From Myxococcota bacterium (GTDB taxonomy: Bacteria; Myxococcota_C; UBA6777), in NCBI GenBank assembly GCA_023150835.1, contig JAKLKB010000076.1, positions 1 through 39,932 of the forward strand: 39,932 nucleotides of DNA, written 5' to 3'. The notes beneath the pieces were generated by a model. It searched no databases. It was not told the origin of the DNA and worked only from the letters and a program-made list of their open reading frames with translations. This document shows, piece by piece, positions 16,811 through 25,905 of this stretch. A program made the position numbers and the translations under genes. Numbering within the stretch: the stretch's first letter is position 1; each line of letters begins with the position of its first letter.

Positions 16811-18982
16811 CTAAGAAGATTTGAAAGTTCGGCCTCCGAAGATATCTTTGAGTTCATGGAGTTGGAGCGTCTTTTTTTCGAGCAGCAGATCCACCAAGGT
16901 TTGAAGCTCGGTGCGGTAGTCAGCGAGAAGCTGTTCGGTGCGTTGGCGCTGCGTTTCGAGTAATTGGGCGATCTCTTGATCGATGCGGGCGGCTGCGTGT
17001 TCAGAGATAGCGCGACGGGGTCCACCTAACTCTGCGGTGTGTTCTGTGTTTGCGGCGACTGTACGCAGGCCGATGGCTTCTCCGCCCATACCCAGTTCTT
17101 CGACCATCATCCGACAAATCTCACTTGCACGCTGGAGATCGTCGTACGAACCGACGGAGATATCTCCAATCAAAAGTTGTTCGGCTAAGCGCCCTGCGAG
17201 CAGGACGCAGATATCGTCCACGAGTTCGGCGCGTGTGATGACATACTTGTTTTCTCGGACGGCTTGCATGACGTACCCGAGGACTTGGTCTTCGCCTGTC
17301 GAGATCGTCACTTTTTCGAGGGTGGGGCATTTGGGTAAAACGTAAGCGCAGAGGGCGTGTCCGGCTTCGTGGACGGCGATGGTACGTTGCTCTTTGGCGG
17401 TTAGTTTTACAGGCTTTTTCTGTTTTTGTTGTAAGATTCGATCGACGTCTTCTTCTGTAATGATATCGCTGGGATTTCCGCGCCGAAGGATCTCGCGTTT
17501 GAGTCCGCGCATGATGGCGTACAAGTGGTCACCGCTGTAGCGGATACCGTATTTTTGATCGACGAATCCGCCTGTTTTTTGTACCATGATCTGCAAGAGT
17601 TCATCGGAGATCTGGAGTGCAAAGTTCTTGCGATAGATATCCAAGATCGCTTTTCGATCATCGTCTTGGGGGTAAGGGATCTCGATTTGAAGCTCAAAAC
17701 GTCCCGGGCGCAACAGCGCGGTGTCAAGGGACTCAAGGAAGTTGGTGGTTCCGACCACAAAGACAAGTTCTTCTTTGCGAAAGCCGTCCATCTCGGTGAG
17801 TAGCTGGTTAACCATGGAGTGTTCAACGCCGCTGCCTGTGTAGGTTCCGCGTGCCGAAGCGAAGGAGTCGAGTTCGTCAAACACGATGATGGAGGGGGCA
17901 GATTTGCGTGCTTGAGAAAAAACACGACGTAGATTTTCTTCGGAATCGCCAACCCACTTGGACTTGAGTTCTGGCCCAGAGACGATAAAGAGAGTGGCAT
18001 CAAGCGCGGTGGCGATGGCTTTGGCGAAGTAGGTTTTGCCCGTTCCGGGGGGTCCGTGAAAGATCATACCTTTAGGGACAAGCTGTTCGATCTGTTTGAT
18101 CTGTTCGGGATTTTGACTGCGATCTTTGAGCAAGAGCAGATCAAGGATCTCGGAGCGGATCTTGTCTTTGACAGCGTTGTATCCGCCGAGATCGCGTTGC
18201 AGATCGACGTTGGGCAGTTCGCAATCGGAGACGAGAGTCATCTGGCGGATCTCGTGATAGATGGCTTTGGTGGCTTCGGGGTGCGCGGGGTCAAAGTCAA
18301 GGCGTTGTGCGAGGTGACCGAGGATCTGGCGACAACGGACAGCATTGACTCCTGAGAGGTATTTGTAAAGTGCAAAGGGGTTAAAGGTTTCCGTCCCGAA
18401 TTTGCGGGCTTCGCGTTGCAGGATGATGGTGGGGAGCTGATCGCGAGGGATGCCGATCAGGGCGTGGCGGACGGCAAAAACATTTTCGATCACCTTGGGG
18501 AGTTCAAAGCTGGGGTCTTTGAAGCCAAGGAAGACGAGATCGGGATTTTCGTAAAAAAGCGTAGCGGCTTCGCGGGTTTCCATATTGAGTCCGCTGCGTG
18601 TGGTGGTGGTCAGGACGTCGAGGTGCGGGAGGACGATGATCTGTTCGTTGTCGCCAGAAAAGACGACCTCTTGGAGTTCGCGCAAGATGCGCTGCATACG
18701 GGTGGTGTTGGCGGTGAGTGCGCTTTCTTCTTCTTCGCCTCCTGCGTGTCCAGAGATCAAGCGACAGCGCAAGCGCGGTTCGGCGTTGCTGCGGCGCAAG
18801 CGTGCGCGTAAAGCTTTGTAAAGGTAAAGCGTCAGTTGTTTATCGCATTCGATTAGAACAGAAAGTCCGAGGCGTAGCTTCTCTTCAATCCAATCCAGTT
18901 CATCGCGGTAGATGGCTTCGGTGGCTTCGTCATAGGTCAGGGCTTGGGGGAGCGAAGAGATGGCGATCTGGTGGTTGGACAT
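16811..18982 (-). CDS. Soluble FtsH-like AAA+ ATPase / M41 zinc metalloprotease
   Basis: GPPGTGKT, IVFDELD, VNQLLTEMDGF, LDTALLRPGRF, HEAGH, LLAGRLAE, SVGSYDDL; no N-terminal TM segments, replaced by a ~250-aa extra domain. Confidence 0.92.
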   Translation of the reverse strand: MSNHQIAISSLPQALTYDEATEAIYRDELDWIEEKLRLGLSVLIECDKQLTLYLYKALRARLRRSNAEPRLRCRLISGHAGGEEEESALTANTTRMQRILRELQEVVFSGDNEQIIVLPHLDVLTTTTRSGLNMETREAATLFYENPDLVFLGFKDPSFELPKVIENVFAVRHALIGIPRDQLPTIILQREARKFGTETFNPFALYKYLSGVNAVRCRQILGHLAQRLDFDPAHPEATKAIYHEIRQMTLVSDCELPNVDLQRDLGGYNAVKDKIRSEILDLLLLKDRSQNPEQIKQIEQLVPKGMIFHGPPGTGKTYFAKAIATALDATLFIVSGPELKSKWVGDSEENLRRVFSQARKSAPSIIVFDELDSFASARGTYTGSGVEHSMVNQLLTEMDGFRKEELVFVVGTTNFLESLDTALLRPGRFELQIEIPYPQDDDRKAILDIYRKNFALQISDELLQIMVQKTGGFVDQKYGIRYSGDHLYAIMRGLKREILRRGNPSDIITEEDVDRILQQKQKKPVKLTAKEQRTIAVHEAGHALCAYVLPKCPTLEKVTISTGEDQVLGYVMQAVRENKYVITRAELVDDICVLLAGRLAEQLLIGDISVGSYDDLQRASEICRMMVEELGMGGEAIGLRTVAANTEHTAELGGPRRAISEHAAARIDQEIAQLLETQRQRTEQLLADYRTELQTLVDLLLEKKTLQLHELKDIFGGRTFKSS

Positions 18983-19029
18983 GTCTCTTCCTTTGCTTTT
19001 GGAGGGGAGTTGGCTTGGGATGAGAATCT

Positions 19030-19608
19030 CTATCGTGCAACGCGGATCACGAGTTCGTACTGGCCTTGCGAAGTAGATTCGCGGATATCCAAGACCTCGC
19101 CGAGTTGTCGGGCTTTGCGTTTCAGACTTTCGGCATAAACTTCTTGGAGAATCTGATGGGCATTTTGTAAGCGTTCTTGTTCTGCATCAAGCAGGCTTTG
19201 CGTGATTTGCCTTTGGATTGTTTCGGCTTCGCGTTTCAGATTATCACGTGCTTTGGCTTCTTCAAGGAGAAGGGCTTGTCGGGCATTTTCTTGGGCATTG
19301 CTTTTTCTGTCATAGGCATAGCCTGTGGCTTGGACATCCGTTTTTAGGATTTTTTCTTGTTCGAGCGAGGCTTGCATCTCCATTTTTTCGAGATCGTAGG
19401 TGATGGTTTCGCCTTGATTTCCTTGGGCGGTCCATTGGTTGGGGGCGGTTTCTTGGAAGCCGCGTTGTTGGAGGACGGTTGCCATGATATCGCGCATCTC
19501 GCTTTCGCTGAGGATGGGAGTAAGAGCGATAGGGCGAACTAACCGATCGGATAGCGAAAAGCGTTCTTTGACGGAGGACTTGACTTCGACGTGGTAGACT
19601 TGGCTCAC
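19030..19608 (-). CDS. Uncharacterised coiled-coil-containing protein of the FtsH ternary operon
   Basis: GTG start after AAGGAG; LTPILSESEM..L..RGF and ESLKRKARQLGEV..I.E motifs. Confidence 0.75.
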   Translation of the reverse strand: MSQVYHVEVKSSVKERFSLSDRLVRPIALTPILSESEMRDIMATVLQQRGFQETAPNQWTAQGNQGETITYDLEKMEMQASLEQEKILKTDVQATGYAYDRKSNAQENARQALLLEEAKARDNLKREAETIQRQITQSLLDAEQERLQNAHQILQEVYAESLKRKARQLGEVLDIRESTSQGQYELVIRVAR

Positions 19609-19670
19609 GGACGGCTCCTTTTGGAGAGGCATGATACGCTTGTTGGCGTGGCCTCTGGTGGTGTGAAGAT

Positions 19671-20966
19671 TCAGCCGAGGGTGGGCTGGAGTGTACGTTT
19701 GAGTTCCTTGTAGGTTTGGAAAACCTCCGCAAAGCGTGTTTCTGCGTAGGTTTGGAGAAAGAGGCGATGTGCAGCGTCGCGCTCTGTCGGGTGTAGCGAG
19801 CGGATATCTTCGGCGATATCTTGGATCTGTGCGATCAATCCGATGGCTTGGAGTAGTTCGTCAGTTAGCGTCTGTCGGTCGTTCATGCGTAGGGAGTGGC
19901 TGGCTTCATGAAGCCAGCGCGGCCAATGGACGGTGAGTTGGTCTTGAGCGAGCCAGAGAGAAAAGATCTCTAACCAAGGGGCGAGCAAGTCGTAGCGCTC
20001 GGCTTGTTGAAAGAGATCGATCGCAGAAGACCAGATGCGGTGCATCTGATCGAAATAGTGCAGAAAGGCTTCGGAAGTTGGGTTGGTTTTGGGTGGGGTG
20101 TGTTTTTGGAGCCATGCGTTGCGCAGAAGGGAACCGATCCAAGGCATGAGCGGGGCGACGGATGGATCGAGAAGAAGACGGAGGGCGTCCAGTCCTTGTT
20201 GTTTGGCGCGTTGGTCTTGATGAAAAGAGACAAGCAGGATCAATGGGTTGTTTCGCCACGCGGGATGGGTTGAGCATTCAGGGGGGAGGTGTTGCTGCAC
20301 AAAAGTATAAAGAAAAAAGTGAAGAAGGAGATCGCCATTTTGTCTTGGGTAGAGTGTTGAAAGATGCCGCCATTGTGCATCGAGTACACGTCGCTTGCGC
20401 TGTTCAGAGAGGATGTCTTTTTGGGGAGAGGCCTGATCTTTTCGGGAAGAAGCCGCAGGCTGGGATATCTTGGGGGCATCGGGTGAAGGGAGTGGCTCGT
20501 GGGGGGTGTGCTTTTTTTGGGGGGGGTAAAGTTGGAAGAGATTGAACAGGATGATCAGGGTATCGATGCTGACGTTGCCAAAATTGAGAGGATGGGTAGG
20601 CCAATGGGGGGCATTCCAGAGGCGCGATGTTTGGGGTTTTTCGTGTCCTTTTTTTGCAAAGGAGCGGAGCTGCCAGCCTGTTTGGTTGCACAGAGTTTTG
20701 AGCGTGCCGCAGACGAAGATATCGTGTAGTGCTTCGAGAGCTTCGCGACTGGCGATGTGTTCGTCTTTGAGCGGGAGGATAGAGGTAAGAAAAGGACGCG
20801 GTGGGCGTTCTGGATCGTCGAAGAGATGGGCAGCGAAGGGGATAAGCGCGTGGAAAAAGGCTTTTTGTTCGGGGGTGGGTTCGTCGTGAGAGATGGGGAT
20901 GCCGTTGTGTTCGTGTTGAGAAGAAGGGAAGACTTGGGGGAGAGAAGGTGTGAGCATGGTGGTCAT
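19671..20966 (-). CDS. Uncharacterised protein (~431 aa) of the FtsH ternary operon
   Basis: ATG 20966 overlaps the radical SAM stop (ATGA); protein-like composition only from this start. Confidence 0.72.
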   Translation of the reverse strand: MTTMLTPSLPQVFPSSQHEHNGIPISHDEPTPEQKAFFHALIPFAAHLFDDPERPPRPFLTSILPLKDEHIASREALEALHDIFVCGTLKTLCNQTGWQLRSFAKKGHEKPQTSRLWNAPHWPTHPLNFGNVSIDTLIILFNLFQLYPPQKKHTPHEPLPSPDAPKISQPAASSRKDQASPQKDILSEQRKRRVLDAQWRHLSTLYPRQNGDLLLHFFLYTFVQQHLPPECSTHPAWRNNPLILLVSFHQDQRAKQQGLDALRLLLDPSVAPLMPWIGSLLRNAWLQKHTPPKTNPTSEAFLHYFDQMHRIWSSAIDLFQQAERYDLLAPWLEIFSLWLAQDQLTVHWPRWLHEASHSLRMNDRQTLTDELLQAIGLIAQIQDIAEDIRSLHPTERDAAHRLFLQTYAETRFAEVFQTYKELKRTLQPTLG

Positions 20967-21634
20967 TTCCCTGTAGGTTGGAGAAGAAGGCGGGTGAGGT
21001 CTTGGTGTGGGAAACCGTTGATGGATATCTGGCCGTTGTGAAGGCGGATCTCGATGGTGTTGTTTGCAGCGGGCCAGCCCGCTTGTTCGTCGCGGAGGTG
21101 GGCGTAATGTGGGGAGAGGAAGTGGATCTGTTGGTTGTCTGAGCCGATCCATCGGCGTTTGTGGCTGTGTTGTGCGGGAAGATAAGGCCCATCGATCAGG
21201 AGATCCGTGTGGGCGAGCAAGGCATCCCACGCGGGGCGTTTGGCTTGTTGGAGAGATCGCAGGGTGTAGCCCGTGAAGACCATGACGGAAAGCCCGTGCT
21301 CTTGGGCGGCTTGGGCAAGGCGAGCCAGACCGACGGCTTGGGCGAAGGGTTCGCCTCCGAGCAGCGTGATCCCTTCGATCCCTTCGGTCGAGAGAGTTTT
21401 TTGGATGACGTCTTGTGTGGTTTGTAGCTGTCGGGGCTGGAAGGCCAGCATGTGAGGATTGCAACATCCGATGCAGCGAAAGGGACATCCTTGTACCCAA
21501 AGAGCCATGCGTTTTCCCGGTCCTTCGGCCTCGGTGCATTGGACAACAGCGGCGACGTTGATCAGGTGGCCTGTGTCGATTTGGGCCTGTAGGTCGGCCT
21601 CTTCGAGGGAGAACTTGGGGTTTGTGGGGATCAT
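20963..21634 (-). CDS. Radical SAM protein, NrdG/organic-radical-activase-like (single 4Fe-4S cluster)
   Basis: TEAEGPGKR, WVQGCPFRCIGCCN (CxxxCxxC), GITLLGGEPF, DLLIDGPY, WIGSDNQ; GGAG RBS before ATG 21634. Confidence 0.9.
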   Translation of the reverse strand: MIPTNPKFSLEEADLQAQIDTGHLINVAAVVQCTEAEGPGKRMALWVQGCPFRCIGCCNPHMLAFQPRQLQTTQDVIQKTLSTEGIEGITLLGGEPFAQAVGLARLAQAAQEHGLSVMVFTGYTLRSLQQAKRPAWDALLAHTDLLIDGPYLPAQHSHKRRWIGSDNQQIHFLSPHYAHLRDEQAGWPAANNTIEIRLHNGQISINGFPHQDLTRLLLQPTGK

Positions 21635-21847
21635 CAAGACTCCGTGTGGTGTTTCCTCTTTCGAGCCGTTGCGACAAAGGCGGAAGGCGTTTTGTCGGGT
21701 CGCTTGTTTGGAGACGTTGTTCAAGGTAGTCGGTCGATAGGGGGCTGACAAGTGCGTACAAGCGCAAAGCATACGCAAAAGCCATAGAGAGGTTCGTTGC
21801 GAAGGAAAGCGCGGGGCGTTGTGAGCGAGAAGGTGGAGTGGCGGGAG

Positions 21848-21940
21848 GTTGAGAAGGCGAAGTCGCGGTAAGCCGAGAAGGCGAAAGTTGAGAAGGCGAA
21901 GTCGCGGTAAGCCGAGAAGGCGAAAGTTGAGAAGGCGAAA
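21848..21940. repeat. 39-bp tandem repeat (2.4 copies) containing five GAGAAGGCGAA sub-units, in the divergent promoter region
   Basis: Units at 21848, 21887, 21926. Confidence 0.92.
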
Positions 21941-22130
21941 GATCGGGAGGATAGGTGAATTAAAAAAAAGATGCAAGGAGGGTGTGACAGGGGGGGAAAT
22001 TGTGTTATGGAGGGGCGGGTCTTGGCGTTGCGGTGGTGGATCATGCCGCTGTATCGGCGAGGATCGCCGTGTCGTTTGCGGGTAGAGGTGGTCTCTATGT
22101 GTGAGCGGCGCATCAGATCGAGGTGAGGAT

Positions 22131-22835
22131 ATGTCTGCTTTGGTGTTGGTCGTTGAGGATGAGCAGGATCTGGTACGCGCACTGGAGTATAACCTCAAAC
22201 GTGAGGGGTATCAGGTGCGTAGCGCGTTGACAGGAGAGGAAGCGTTGGCCCAAGCCGCACGAGAACCTGTGCCGGATCTGGTGTTGTTGGACTTGATGTT
22301 GCCCGATATGTCGGGGGTTGAAGTGTGCCGTCAGTTGCGGCGCAACGAAGCAACGTGCGAAGTTCCGATCGTGATGATCACCGCAAAAGGCGAAGAGATC
22401 GACCGTGTAGTGGGTTTTGAGGTGGGGGCGGATGATTATGTGGTGAAGCCGTTTAGTGTGCGTGAGTTGATGTTGCGGGTGCGTGCGATCTTGCGGCGTG
22501 CGCAACCAGAAACGCCCGAGACACGGGATTTGCGGTTTGGCTGTTTGCGGATCGATACCGAAGCGCATCGGGTGTGGGTGGATGAAGAAGAGCGGCGTTT
22601 GACGGCATTGGAGTTTCGGTTGTTGCACACGTTTTTAACGCGGCGTGGACGGGTGCAGACGCGGGAGATGTTGTTGCAGGATGTTTGGGGGATCGATGCG
22701 GATGTATCGACTCGGACGGTGGATACGCATGTAAAGCGGCTGCGTGAAAAACTCGGTGAAGCGGGCGCGTACGTCAAAACGCTGCGTGGTGTGGGGTATC
22801 GTTTCCGAACCCAACCAGACAGCGACGATCTTTGA
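22131..22835 (+). CDS. phoB: PhoB-like OmpR-family response regulator
   Basis: VEDE, LLDLMLP, ITAKGEEIDRVVGFEVGADDYVVKPFS, TRTVDTHVKRLREKL, TLRGVGY; upstream of a PhoR-like kinase. Confidence 0.8.
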   Translation: MSALVLVVEDEQDLVRALEYNLKREGYQVRSALTGEEALAQAAREPVPDLVLLDLMLPDMSGVEVCRQLRRNEATCEVPIVMITAKGEEIDRVVGFEVGADDYVVKPFSVRELMLRVRAILRRAQPETPETRDLRFGCLRIDTEAHRVWVDEEERRLTALEFRLLHTFLTRRGRVQTREMLLQDVWGIDADVSTRTVDTHVKRLREKLGEAGAYVKTLRGVGYRFRTQPDSDDL

Positions 22836-22865
22836 TCTTTGTCTGTTTGGTTTGAGAGGACTTAG

Positions 22866-22974
22866 ACGAAATCCGAGTACACAGCAAAGGAGAGTACGTG
22901 GACGCCCGATTATAGGGCAGCCACAGGGGGCTACCCCTACATCTTTACGATCACACAACGGGCGGATTTCGTAT
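22866..22974. mobile_element. Repeat family A full copy between phoB and phoR
   Basis: ACGAAATCCG ... CGGATTTCGTAT ends; internal GGGCAGCCACAGGGGGCTACCCCTAC. Confidence 0.8.
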
Positions 22975-22992
22975 GGCGCATTTGGATGATTT

Positions 22993-23118
22993 TGTGGGGT
23001 GTCACCCCACGCCCCACAAGGGAGCAAAGCTCCCTTGACCCCGTGTTTGGCGAAGAGATCACAGGTTTCAAAACAACAGCTTTGTCGCTTGAAGTGTCGC
23101 GAACACGGCTTTTTTTGG
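22993..23118 (+). repeat. Repeat family B long copy between phoB and phoR
   Basis: Matches 3016-3135 including GGCGAAGAGATCACAGGTTT and CGCGAACACGGCTTTTT. Confidence 0.85.
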
Positions 23119-23192
23119 TAACAAGTCACTTCTATTTGATAGGGCTTTTGAGGGGCGAGAGAAAACAGCAAAAAGGCCGAGAAGCGGTCGGG

Positions 23193-25148
23193 ATGGGATG
23201 GATGAGTGTTCGTTGGAAGATCTTTTTTAGTTCGATGCTGTTGATTGTGGTGTTTGTGGGGACGACAGGTTGGATTTTTCAGCGGGCTTTGCAGGGTTGG
23301 CTGCGCGATCACACGCAACAGGAGATGCAGCGGCAGGCGGAGGTGTTGGGCCTGTGGTTGGCGCGATCTCCCGATATCTCGATGCAAGAGCGAGCAAGCG
23401 TTTTGCAAGAGATGGCGTTGCGGGCGGGCCTGCGGATCACGTTGATCGACGAAAAGGGCGTTGTGTGGGCGGATTCGCATCGTACGGCGCAACAGATTCG
23501 GCAGATGGAGAATCATCTTCAACGGCCTGAGATTCAAGAAATTCTTCAAAAGAAGATGGGAACTGCGATCCGTCGTAGTATGACTTTAGAGCGCAAGATG
23601 TGGTATCTTGCGTTACCTTATGCTTGGGAAAAAAGTACATCTCGCCCTGCGGGGCGAGGGTTTCTGCGGGTGGCGAAGATCCAGCGCGAGGTCGAGATGG
23701 TGGTGGGCCGCTTGGGGGTGGCGTTGTTGTTGGCGACGTTGGTGGGGTTGGTGCTGTCGCTGTTGATTAGCATGGGGACTTCGCACATCGTTTCGCGCAC
23801 GCTGCGTCCGATCGTGGCGAATGCAAGGGCGATAGCGCGGGGTCAAGGCGAGAGTGAAGAGAAGATCGCGGATGAAGAGGGCGTCGATATCCCGTTGCAC
23901 CAGTCTTTTAATCCGATGTCCAAAACAGGCGGACTGGCGGGTTCTTTGCGCTATGTTGCGCAAGAGTTGGCCTTGACAGTTGAGACGTTGGCCAGCGAAC
24001 GCGATCGATTTGCAGCGGTACTTGAAAGCATGAATGCGGCGGTGGTTGCGGTGAATCGGGAATGTCGGATCTCTTGGGTGAATCGGGCGGCGTACACGCT
24101 TTTGGGCCTGAAACAAAGCCCTGTTGGAAAAGCTTTGTTTGAGGTGATCCCGTCGGTGGAGTTGCAAGAGTTGGTCGAACAAGCCCATGCAGGGGTGTCT
24201 TGCGACGCGGAGTTCGATCTGCCCGAGCCACAGGCATTGCGCGTACAGGCGCGTGCCACACCGCTTGCCGCGACGGGCGGAAGCGTCGTCTTGTTGCACG
24301 ATATCACCGAACTACGGCGGTTAGAGACGATCCGCCGTGACTTTGTGGCCAATGTTTCTCACGAACTTCGCACGCCGCTGAGCATCATCCGCGCCAATGC
24401 GGAGACGCTGTTGGACGGAGCGTTAGAGGAACCCGAGATCGCAAGGGAGTTTGTGGGGGCGTTGTTGAACCACGCAGAGCGGCTTTCGCTGTTGGTCAAC
24501 GATCTTTTGGAACTCTCGCGTATCGAGGCCAATCGTTATCCGCTACGTTCGCAGGCGTTGTCGCTCGCGCCGTTGATCCGTCGATCGATCGAATCCATTC
24601 AGTCAGCGGCAGAAAAGAAACGCTTGATGCTTCGCGAAGAACTCGCGGAGGGTTTGGAGGCCCAAGCAGACAAACAAGCACTCGAGCAGATCCTGTTGAA
24701 TCTGATCGACAATGCTGTGAAGTATACACCGACAGGTGGAAAGATTATCTTACGCACGTATGCCAAAGAAGAGGACGCGATGATCGAGGTAGAAGATGAC
24801 GGGCCGGGGATCGATGCAGAACATCGCCATCGGATCTTTGAGCGATTCTATCGGATCGATCCCGGTCGATCGCGCCAACAAGGCGGAACGGGCTTGGGTT
24901 TGGCGATCGTGCGCAACCTTGTCGAGGTCTTGGGGGGGCGCGTTGGTGTAAGGCCGGCCTCTCCGCATGGTTCGATCTTTTGGGTGCGCCTTCCTGCGGT
25001 CGCTTTGCAAGCAGACAGCGAAGAGGACGATCCTTTTTCCGATGAACCAGCCGAAGATCACGACCACGAAGACGATCCTCAAGGGCATTCTTCGACAGAT
25101 GCCACGATCGAAAGGCTCAAGAAGCCTCCGACAGGTGCCGCGATTTAA
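23193..25148 (+). CDS. phoR: PhoR-like sensor histidine kinase (2 TM, sensor domain, HAMP-like, PAS, HisKA, HATPase)
   Basis: RRDFVANVSHELRTPL, NLIDNAVKYT, DDGPGI, IFERFYRID..RSR..GGTGLGLAIV; start 23193 or 23202. Confidence 0.82.
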   Translation: MGWMSVRWKIFFSSMLLIVVFVGTTGWIFQRALQGWLRDHTQQEMQRQAEVLGLWLARSPDISMQERASVLQEMALRAGLRITLIDEKGVVWADSHRTAQQIRQMENHLQRPEIQEILQKKMGTAIRRSMTLERKMWYLALPYAWEKSTSRPAGRGFLRVAKIQREVEMVVGRLGVALLLATLVGLVLSLLISMGTSHIVSRTLRPIVANARAIARGQGESEEKIADEEGVDIPLHQSFNPMSKTGGLAGSLRYVAQELALTVETLASERDRFAAVLESMNAAVVAVNRECRISWVNRAAYTLLGLKQSPVGKALFEVIPSVELQELVEQAHAGVSCDAEFDLPEPQALRVQARATPLAATGGSVVLLHDITELRRLETIRRDFVANVSHELRTPLSIIRANAETLLDGALEEPEIAREFVGALLNHAERLSLLVNDLLELSRIEANRYPLRSQALSLAPLIRRSIESIQSAAEKKRLMLREELAEGLEAQADKQALEQILLNLIDNAVKYTPTGGKIILRTYAKEEDAMIEVEDDGPGIDAEHRHRIFERFYRIDPGRSRQQGGTGLGLAIVRNLVEVLGGRVGVRPASPHGSIFWVRLPAVALQADSEEDDPFSDEPAEDHDHEDDPQGHSSTDATIERLKKPPTGAAI

Positions 25149-25579
25149 AGGATCAAGAAGCCAGCGAGTGTTGAGAAGGTGTTGGCAGAGAGGGCAGCCA
25201 CGAAGGCCAAGAGCCATCGGGCCTGTTGGGGAGAGAGCGAAGAGAGCGGAGGATGGGGGGTCGTGGAGAGGGTGGTGCGGATCTCCAAAAGGCGCTCTTG
25301 TGCGGCGTTTGGAGCAAGAAACAGCCCAAGCAGGAGTGTTTCTGTCAAGGTCACCCATGCTTCAGCGACCCATATCCACAACCAAGTAGGCTGAAAGCGT
25401 GGGAAAAGATACCAAAGAAAAGGATGTGTTGCGAGATTAATGAGAAAAAGAACGAAGACATGCCGTCTTGTTTTGCCAAGAGAAGACCACAAAACAAACG
25501 TATAGACGGGCCACTCAAGAGCCAAAGTCCAGAGGAAAGCGTAAAACCAAAGCGAAAAGGGGTAAGAATAAACGGTCAA
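25145..25579 (-). CDS. Small integral membrane protein (~4 TM)
   Basis: Hydrophobic helices with TLALE, INLATHP, AEAWV..TE, SAN motifs; TTG start after AAGGA. Confidence 0.65.
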   Translation of the reverse strand: MTVYSYPFSLWFYAFLWTLALEWPVYTFVLWSSLGKTRRHVFVLFLINLATHPFLWYLFPRFQPTWLWIWVAEAWVTLTETLLLGLFLAPNAAQERLLEIRTTLSTTPHPPLSSLSPQQARWLLAFVAALSANTFSTLAGFLIL

Positions 25580-25616
25580 GGAGTTTCCTTTTTGTGGGGA
25601 GGTATCGTTTGTTGGC

Positions 25617-25863
25617 AAAAAAGCCGTGTTCGTGAGCTTTTTTGCGGTAGAGTCGTTTGTTTGAAAAACATCGGATCACCCCGCCAATACGGGGGCAAGG
25701 GGGCCGCGCTAAGGAAGTGGGGCGTGGGGCAAAGCCCCATACGCGCTAGATTAATACGATATCCAAGTGATGTGTTCTCGTAGGATAGTGTGTAGACGCC
25801 CGATTGTTGGGCAGCCACACCTGTCTGCCCCTACGTTTTACGATCACACAATGGGCGGATTTC
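25617..25863. repeat. Composite of family B long copy (25617-25742, inverted) and family A copy (25754-25863)
   Basis: AAAAAAGCCGTGTTCG...GGGGCAAAGCCCCA, then ATACGATATCC...GGGCAGCCACACCTGTCTGCCCCTAC...GGGCGGATTTC. Confidence 0.8.
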
Positions 25864-25905
25864 ACCTGACGCCTATGGGGCAAAGCCCCGCAAAAAATTA
25901 TTCAA

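Noticed and set aside
16811-18982. Housekeeping ftsH assignment
   Set aside because: No TM anchor and atypical operon context, so no gene symbol given
20963-21634. nrdG assignment
   Set aside because: No nrdD nearby; embedded in an unrelated operon
21760-21815. GCAAA-containing segment as a c-di-GMP riboswitch
   Set aside because: The GNRA-capped first stem and paired second stem could not be built
20967-22198. N-terminal extensions of ORFs 19671..21785 and 20963..22198
   Set aside because: The extensions overlap the radical SAM gene or run through intergenic repeats, have non-protein-like composition, and better RBS-linked starts exist at 20966 and 21634
22986-23192. ORF-track starts for phoR (22986), the porin-like gene (33059) and meaB (39932)
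   Set aside because: These extensions translate REP/MITE repeats
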